64,000 nucleotides of DNA, taken from positions 2,066 through 66,065 of the forward strand of contig JAFTJE010000030.1 of NCBI GenBank assembly GCA_017456545.1. The letters run 5' to 3'. This document shows, in pieces, positions 59,246-64,000 of this stretch. Position 1 is the first letter of the stretch; every line of letters begins with the position of its first letter. Origin of the DNA: Clostridia bacterium (lineage in GTDB: Bacteria; Bacillota; Clostridia; Oscillospirales; CAG-272). The translations under genes were made by a program, and so were the position numbers. The notes beneath the pieces were generated by a model that ran no database searches, had not been told where the DNA came from, and worked only from the letters and a program-made list of their open reading frames with translations.

Positions 59246-60052
59246 ATGGATTCGAACAACACACAAAAGAGAGAAACCGAAATCAATTTAAGGGATGCCT
59301 TTAACTACATCCTTTTTAAGGGATGGATAGTTATCCTTGTAACCATTTTCGCAGTTATTATCTCGTTCATTTACACCAATTTGCTTTTGACTGAGCTTTA
59401 TATTTCTGAGGCTAAGATTTTCATAACAAATGAAAGCGACAGCGGTGTTCCCAATTCCAGCTCTGATATAGACTGGACACTTAGTAAGCAGTACTCTCTT
59501 TCTGCAGAGGAATTTATTACAGAGGACTACTGCCAGATTATAGCGAACAAGCTTAATAACAAAAATCTCGAGCCCGGTGAAGAGCCCTACGACTGCTCTA
59601 AATTTATACAGGGTAAGAGCTTTAAGCAGTATTTTCTCGAGGTAACCGGAAATTCCGAAATAACACCTGAATATATTCTTGATTGTATTTCTATTTCCAC
59701 CAACTCGAATACATGTACTATGAGTGTTTCCGCATCTACAACAGACCCCGCACTTTCCGCAATTATTACGAACGCTATTGCCGATTCCTTTGAGGACCAT
59801 CTTGTAAAGATTCTTGAAACAGATGAGGTAAAGGCTAAGGTATATAACTCCGGAAAGGTAGCAAGTGAGCCATATAACATCGCTACAACAAGAAATGTTA
59901 TTATCGGTGCTTTGATTGGAGTAATTCTTTCCTGTGGTGTTCTCTTCCTTGTTTTCATCTTTGACGATAAGATAAAGAGCCCTGAGGATGTAGAAAAATA
60001 TCTTGGACTCAGTGTTCTCGGAGCTATTCCGGAGCTTGAAAAGGAAATATAA
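59246..60052 (+). CDS. cpsC: Wzz/CpsC-type chain-length determinant, tyrosine kinase modulator
   Basis: TM, extracellular loop, TM topology. ATG at 59246 after AAAGGAG. Confidence 0.8.
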   Translation: MDSNNTQKRETEINLRDAFNYILFKGWIVILVTIFAVIISFIYTNLLLTELYISEAKIFITNESDSGVPNSSSDIDWTLSKQYSLSAEEFITEDYCQIIANKLNNKNLEPGEEPYDCSKFIQGKSFKQYFLEVTGNSEITPEYILDCISISTNSNTCTMSVSASTTDPALSAIITNAIADSFEDHLVKILETDEVKAKVYNSGKVASEPYNIATTRNVIIGALIGVILSCGVLFLVFIFDDKIKSPEDVEKYLGLSVLGAIPELEKEI

Positions 60053-60071
60053 GGAAAGGAGATTTGCAAAA

Positions 60072-60806
60072 ATGAAAAAAATTAATATTCTCGAAAGAAA
60101 TAAGTTCACATATTCCATAAGAGAAGCCTTCAAAACTCTTCGTACCAATCTTCTTTTCAGCGGTAGTGATGTTAAAACGATTCTCCTTACAAGCTGTCTC
60201 AGCAATGAGGGTAAGAGTACAGTTTCTCTTGAGCTTGCAAAATCTCTTGCAGCAGCCTCCAAAAAGGTTCTCTTAATAGACGCCGACCTTCGTAAATCCG
60301 TTTTTGTTACAAGATATACCGACACTACAGAATCCATACTTGGTCTTAGTGAGCTTCTTTCTGCTCAGGCAAAGCTTGAGGATGTGTTATACGAAACAAA
60401 TGTTGACAATCTCCATGTAATTTTTGCAGGAGCCGTTCCTCCTAACCCTGTAGAGCTTCTCGGTTCCCGTCAGTTTGATGATTTTCTCCATGACATTCGT
60501 GATTCATATGACTATGTTCTTATTGATGTTTCTCCTCTCGGACTCGTAATTGATGCCTCAGTTGTTTCCTCATACTGCGACGGTGCAGTCCTTATTATCG
60601 CAGCAAATGAAATAAGCTATAAGTTTGCCGCTGATGTAAAGGGACAGCTTGAGAAGGGCAACTGTAAGGTTCTCGGTGCAGTTCTTAACCGTGTTCCCGT
60701 AAAATCCTCCGGAAGATACGGAAGATATTACGGTCAGAAATACGGCAGATACGGTACCTACGGAAATATGAACTTTGTAGAAAGCAACGATATTCATAAT
60801 TCATAA
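60072..60806 (+). CDS. cpsD: CpsD/CapB-type bacterial tyrosine kinase (BY-kinase)
   Basis: Walker A SNEGKST, Walker A' LIDADLR, Walker B VLIDVSP, C-terminal Tyr cluster RYGRYYGQKYGRYGTYG. Confidence 0.88.
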   Translation: MKKINILERNKFTYSIREAFKTLRTNLLFSGSDVKTILLTSCLSNEGKSTVSLELAKSLAAASKKVLLIDADLRKSVFVTRYTDTTESILGLSELLSAQAKLEDVLYETNVDNLHVIFAGAVPPNPVELLGSRQFDDFLHDIRDSYDYVLIDVSPLGLVIDASVVSSYCDGAVLIIAANEISYKFAADVKGQLEKGNCKVLGAVLNRVPVKSSGRYGRYYGQKYGRYGTYGNMNFVESNDIHNS

Positions 60807-60811
60807 AATCT

Positions 60812-60848
60812 AAAGCAGGGAATTAAATACACTTATTCCCTGCTTTTG
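60812..60848 (+). terminator. Terminator after cpsD
   Basis: Stem AAGCAGGGAAT / ATTCCCTGCTT, then TTTG. Confidence 0.7.
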
Positions 60849-60864
60849 TATATAGGAGTATACA

Positions 60865-62268
60865 ATGCCAACCAATGTAAAACAAAAATTTATCGACTTT
60901 TTTGAAGGATATTGGTTTCCTGTATATATTGCTTTCAATGTAATTATAGGTCATATTTTCAATATGATTAATTACGGTGTGGTAATGATAACATTAGCCA
61001 CATGTATTGCATTTATACTGTGTAAAGATCTGAAATTCTTTCTTTCCCCTCTTTTATGCTTTTTCTTTATTTTTTCCAAAAAAAGCCTGGCAGACGAGAC
61101 TCTTTACTCCATCCCATCAATAATTTTCTTTTCCCTGTGCATCACGGCTCTTGTTCTATGTATAGTAGCACATTTCGTGATAAACAAAAAGGATATCAAG
61201 CTTAAAAGATTTACTTCATCCTCGCTTTTCTTTGGGTTTGTAGCAATCGTAGCTGTATTTCTTCTCAATGGCTTCTTTGCATTTGCAGATTACAAAAAGG
61301 AAAATATCATTTTCGGTATACTTATTGCCATATCCTTTGTTTTACCGTTCTTTATTTTCTCCATTAATTTGAGAATCGATAAAAAAACGGTAAGCTATCT
61401 TATTTACATACTTCTGATTGCTTCATTTATTATATCGATCGAATTTATTTATATGTATCTTACAGATATTTATATTCATCCTGATGGATACATTTATAAA
61501 GACTCTATTGACCTTGGCTGGGGAGTAAGCAATAATATCGGTGCAATTCTTGCTATGCTTATGCCATTTCATTTTTACTGTGCTGTAAAAGCAAGATTTT
61601 CTATTCCCTTCTTCGCCTCGGGTGTTATGTGCTATGCTATTATAATACTTACCATGAGCAGAACATCAATGATTATAGCCACATTGATTCTTGCTCTTTG
61701 CCTTGGATTTGTATGTATATATAAGCATAAAAACATTATGATAAACCGTTTCTCCGTTATTGGCTTTATGATTCTTGTGGCTGTCATTCTTATGGTTTTT
61801 GAGGATAAGCTATCAACTGCGTTTTATCTGGTTATGAATAAACTGTTTGACGGCAGTGGCAGAAGCTCCTATTACAGAGATGGAATAAATAAATTCCTTT
61901 CCAATCCATTCTTAGGAGCCGGATTCGGTAATTCCCACGGTGTAAACGACAGATTCGTAATATCAGCACCCGAATATTATCACAATACAATAATCCAAAT
62001 GCTTGGCTCCTGTGGCATAGTAGGTCTTTTTGCATACTGCTTCCACAGGTTCCAAACCATAATACTGTTTATAAAAAACAGATCCTCTGTTTCCTTCTTT
62101 TTGGGAATGAGCATTCTTTCTCTGCTCCTTACAAGTCTGCTGGATATACATTTATTCAATATTTTCCCTGCCATATTCTACTCAGTAATCCTGTGTATAT
62201 TTGAACGGGATGCAAAATTTAAGCAGCAGCAAAGGCTCAAAAAATCGGAGCATTTGAATAACCATTAA
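60865..62268 (+). CDS. O-antigen ligase / Wzy-like polytopic membrane protein
   Basis: About 11-12 TM helices with a larger loop near GAGFGNSHG..YYHN; 467 aa. Confidence 0.6.
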   Translation: MPTNVKQKFIDFFEGYWFPVYIAFNVIIGHIFNMINYGVVMITLATCIAFILCKDLKFFLSPLLCFFFIFSKKSLADETLYSIPSIIFFSLCITALVLCIVAHFVINKKDIKLKRFTSSSLFFGFVAIVAVFLLNGFFAFADYKKENIIFGILIAISFVLPFFIFSINLRIDKKTVSYLIYILLIASFIISIEFIYMYLTDIYIHPDGYIYKDSIDLGWGVSNNIGAILAMLMPFHFYCAVKARFSIPFFASGVMCYAIIILTMSRTSMIIATLILALCLGFVCIYKHKNIMINRFSVIGFMILVAVILMVFEDKLSTAFYLVMNKLFDGSGRSSYYRDGINKFLSNPFLGAGFGNSHGVNDRFVISAPEYYHNTIIQMLGSCGIVGLFAYCFHRFQTIILFIKNRSSVSFFLGMSILSLLLTSLLDIHLFNIFPAIFYSVILCIFERDAKFKQQQRLKKSEHLNNH

Positions 62269-62311
62269 CAAAAAAATCGTATCACCCCTCCCGGGATGAT
62301 ACGATTTTTTA
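62269..62311. terminator. Bidirectional terminator between convergent genes
   Basis: A6, stem ATCGTATCA / TGATACGAT, T6. Confidence 0.75.
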
Positions 62312-64000
62312 TCTAACGAGTCTTTGTGTAAATGCGTCAGTCAAGGTAATTCCTTTGATATATATGCCCTTAAAGGCAGTTGATGCTCCTATTTGAGCAT
62401 TGTACTCTCCATCCACAAGCTTATCCGATATTACAGATACAGCAATCTTTTCTGTATATCCCTTGGGAAGCTTAAAGGTTATGTCTATGTTTCCTCCGCT
62501 GACACGGACAAAGCTTGTATGCTTAGCAAGCTCAGGCTTGGACACAGATGACTTGACACAGCTAACTGTGGTCGATGTCGGAACACAGGGATTAGAGCTT
62601 GAAGCTATTACTATAACCGTTCCTCCCGTCACCTTAAAGACTCCGTCTGTACCTACATCCACCTTGTCAAGGAGAAACAGCTCTCCACCGGTAACAGTAA
62701 CTGATGGACTGTCGATTCCATCGCTAAAGGATGCTACGGCAGCCTTACCACCCGAAATAACAGTTCTAAGTGCCTTTATTCCCTTATAGCTCTTATGTAT
62801 ATTAATGGTTCCACCATCTATTGATGTATTATTCAAGGCATGGATACCGTCCTCGTCGGTAACAATATCAATTACTCCACCGTTTATTGACACATTATTG
62901 CCGTGTATTCCGTCCTCCATAGAGGATATAACAATTTTTCCGTTCCGTACAGTAATGTTTTCAAGAGCCTTTATTCCCTTACAGCTTATAAGAATGTCAT
63001 AAAAGGTTTCATTCGGATAATTCAAGGGGTTGATTTTAACATATCTGCCATCGGAAAGGAGTATATAGTCTCCCGTGGAGGACTGTGTGTACTCTCCCTT
63101 AGTTGTTACATAGATAAATCCCGAGGAATTGACTGTAACATTTTTTCCTACAATTGCATCACTCACAGAATTTATCTTAATATCAGTGTCCCCAAGTATG
63201 GTAATATCATTATCACTGTCAAGTCCGTCCGTGTCGGCTGTAAGAATAAGAAGAGCCTTTTTCCCCTCCTTACCTAAGGTAATGGAATCATTGGATTTTA
63301 TGGCATTTCTTTTGGAGCTTACCCTGATACCCGCATTCTGTACAGTAAGTGTACCGTTTACATCAATGCCATTTTCAGTGCTGATAATATTGAAAATTCC
63401 ACCGTTAATTATCATATTACCCACAACATTTGTGGGATTGGTTTCAGAAGGAGAATCACCGCTTTTAAGTCCAAAACGGCCGGATGTAATGTTGAATTCA
63501 CCACCCTCAATTGAAAGACCTTCCTTACCGTATATGCCATGATTGCCTACATTGATATCGTATACACCGCTTTTTACGGTTGCCTGTTTAGTACAGTGGA
63601 TACCGTTTATTGCAGCATCTGCGGTAGAAATGCTCAATTTGCCCGAGCCCTCAAGGGTAAGACTTCCTTTTTTAACAGTGATAACTCCGTTTTCAAGATT
63701 ATTTTTGTTAGAGGAAAACTTGTTCACACTGTTTTCCGGCAATACAACCGTAAGGTCGCATCCCACAGAATAAATAGCAGGAAAGCTATGGGTAAATTTA
63801 TCTCCGTTAATGCTCACACCGTCGAGAATAACGGTTACATCATATGGATCATCCTCCGAGGGAAGAAGAATATCTATGTAATTAGTATCCGAAGTACCTG
63901 TAATTTTGTATACCCCGGGCATTCTGATATGCACATTCCTTTCGGAAATATCAAAGGTCTGACTGACCTCATAGCTTTTATCAGTACAGGAGGTCTTAAA
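62309..64000 (-). CDS. Secreted repeat protein, probable parallel beta-helix carbohydrate-binding type (Cthe_2159-like); N-terminus outside the window
   Basis: The reading frame stays open from 63934 to the window edge. Recurrent ..DGI.. / ..ING.. / ..GG.. strands with ~25-30 aa periodicity. Confidence 0.5.
   Translation of the reverse strand, partial: FKTSCTDKSYEVSQTFDISERNVHIRMPGVYKITGTSDTNYIDILLPSEDDPYDVTVILDGVSINGDKFTHSFPAIYSVGCDLTVVLPENSVNKFSSNKNNLENGVITVKKGSLTLEGSGKLSISTADAAINGIHCTKQATVKSGVYDINVGNHGIYGKEGLSIEGGEFNITSGRFGLKSGDSPSETNPTNVVGNMIINGGIFNIISTENGIDVNGTLTVQNAGIRVSSKRNAIKSNDSITLGKEGKKALLILTADTDGLDSDNDITILGDTDIKINSVSDAIVGKNVTVNSSGFIYVTTKGEYTQSSTGDYILLSDGRYVKINPLNYPNETFYDILISCKGIKALENITVRNGKIVISSMEDGIHGNNVSINGGVIDIVTDEDGIHALNNTSIDGGTINIHKSYKGIKALRTVISGGKAAVASFSDGIDSPSVTVTGGELFLLDKVDVGTDGVFKVTGGTVIVIASSSNPCVPTSTTVSCVKSSVSKPELAKHTSFVRVSGGNIDITFKLPKGYTEKIAVSVISDKLVDGEYNAQIGASTAFKGIYIKGITLTDAFTQRLVR

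Noticed and set aside
59288-60337. 349-aa minus-strand ORF spanning cpsC and cpsD
   Set aside because: - It is antisense to two well-supported genes.
- Its sequence has no recognisable motif.
- It crosses the cpsC-cpsD intergenic region, which argues for chance openness.

Overview
This 64-kb window looks like chromosomal backbone from a low-GC, spore-forming Firmicute. The class is probably Clostridia, judged by eye from gene content and AT-rich intergenic regions, not from any search.

I can support about 57 protein genes and one RNA gene, densely packed and mostly housekeeping:
- Replication and repair: polA, the conserved ffs(SRP RNA)-dnaX-ybaB-recR block, and rarA.
- Sporulation: spoVFA/spoVFB (dpaAB), spoVT, an Amidase_3 enzyme and a mini site-2 protease.
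- Metabolism: guaB, ispE, metF plus a split metH, adhE, GH2 lacZ, and fakA/fakB.
- Fe-S: a minimal sufC-sufBD pair, mrp, and a B12-binding radical SAM gene.
- Transport: potA, potB and a fused potC-potD; mntP; an AI-2E permease.
- Translation: rplU-prp-rpmA.
- Envelope: flotillin, and a capsule-type cpsB-cpsC-cpsD module with a Wzy-like gene.

I saw no transposase, integrase, prophage, CRISPR array or recognisable defence system.

The most unusual items:
1. At 40057-40296, an 18-unit 12-nt tandem array carries coextensive ORFs on both strands. The plus frame is Q/N-rich, has an SD, an ATG and a terminator, and is broken by one in-frame TAA. The minus frame is an intact Cys-rich ORF with no SD.
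2. At 32026-35961, an AgrC-type histidine kinase and LytTR regulator have no agrBD. They are flanked by two same-length (229 aa) paralogous membrane proteins and preceded by five copies of a GGGATAA motif, with the two forward copies 21 bp apart and the two promoter-proximal reverse copies 20 bp apart.
3. A PotC-PotD fusion has its binding domain tethered by a TM helix at each end.
4. A roughly 31-bp precursor helix flanks the SRP RNA.

All functional calls come from motif recognition in the supplied translations. Nothing was searched or computed.
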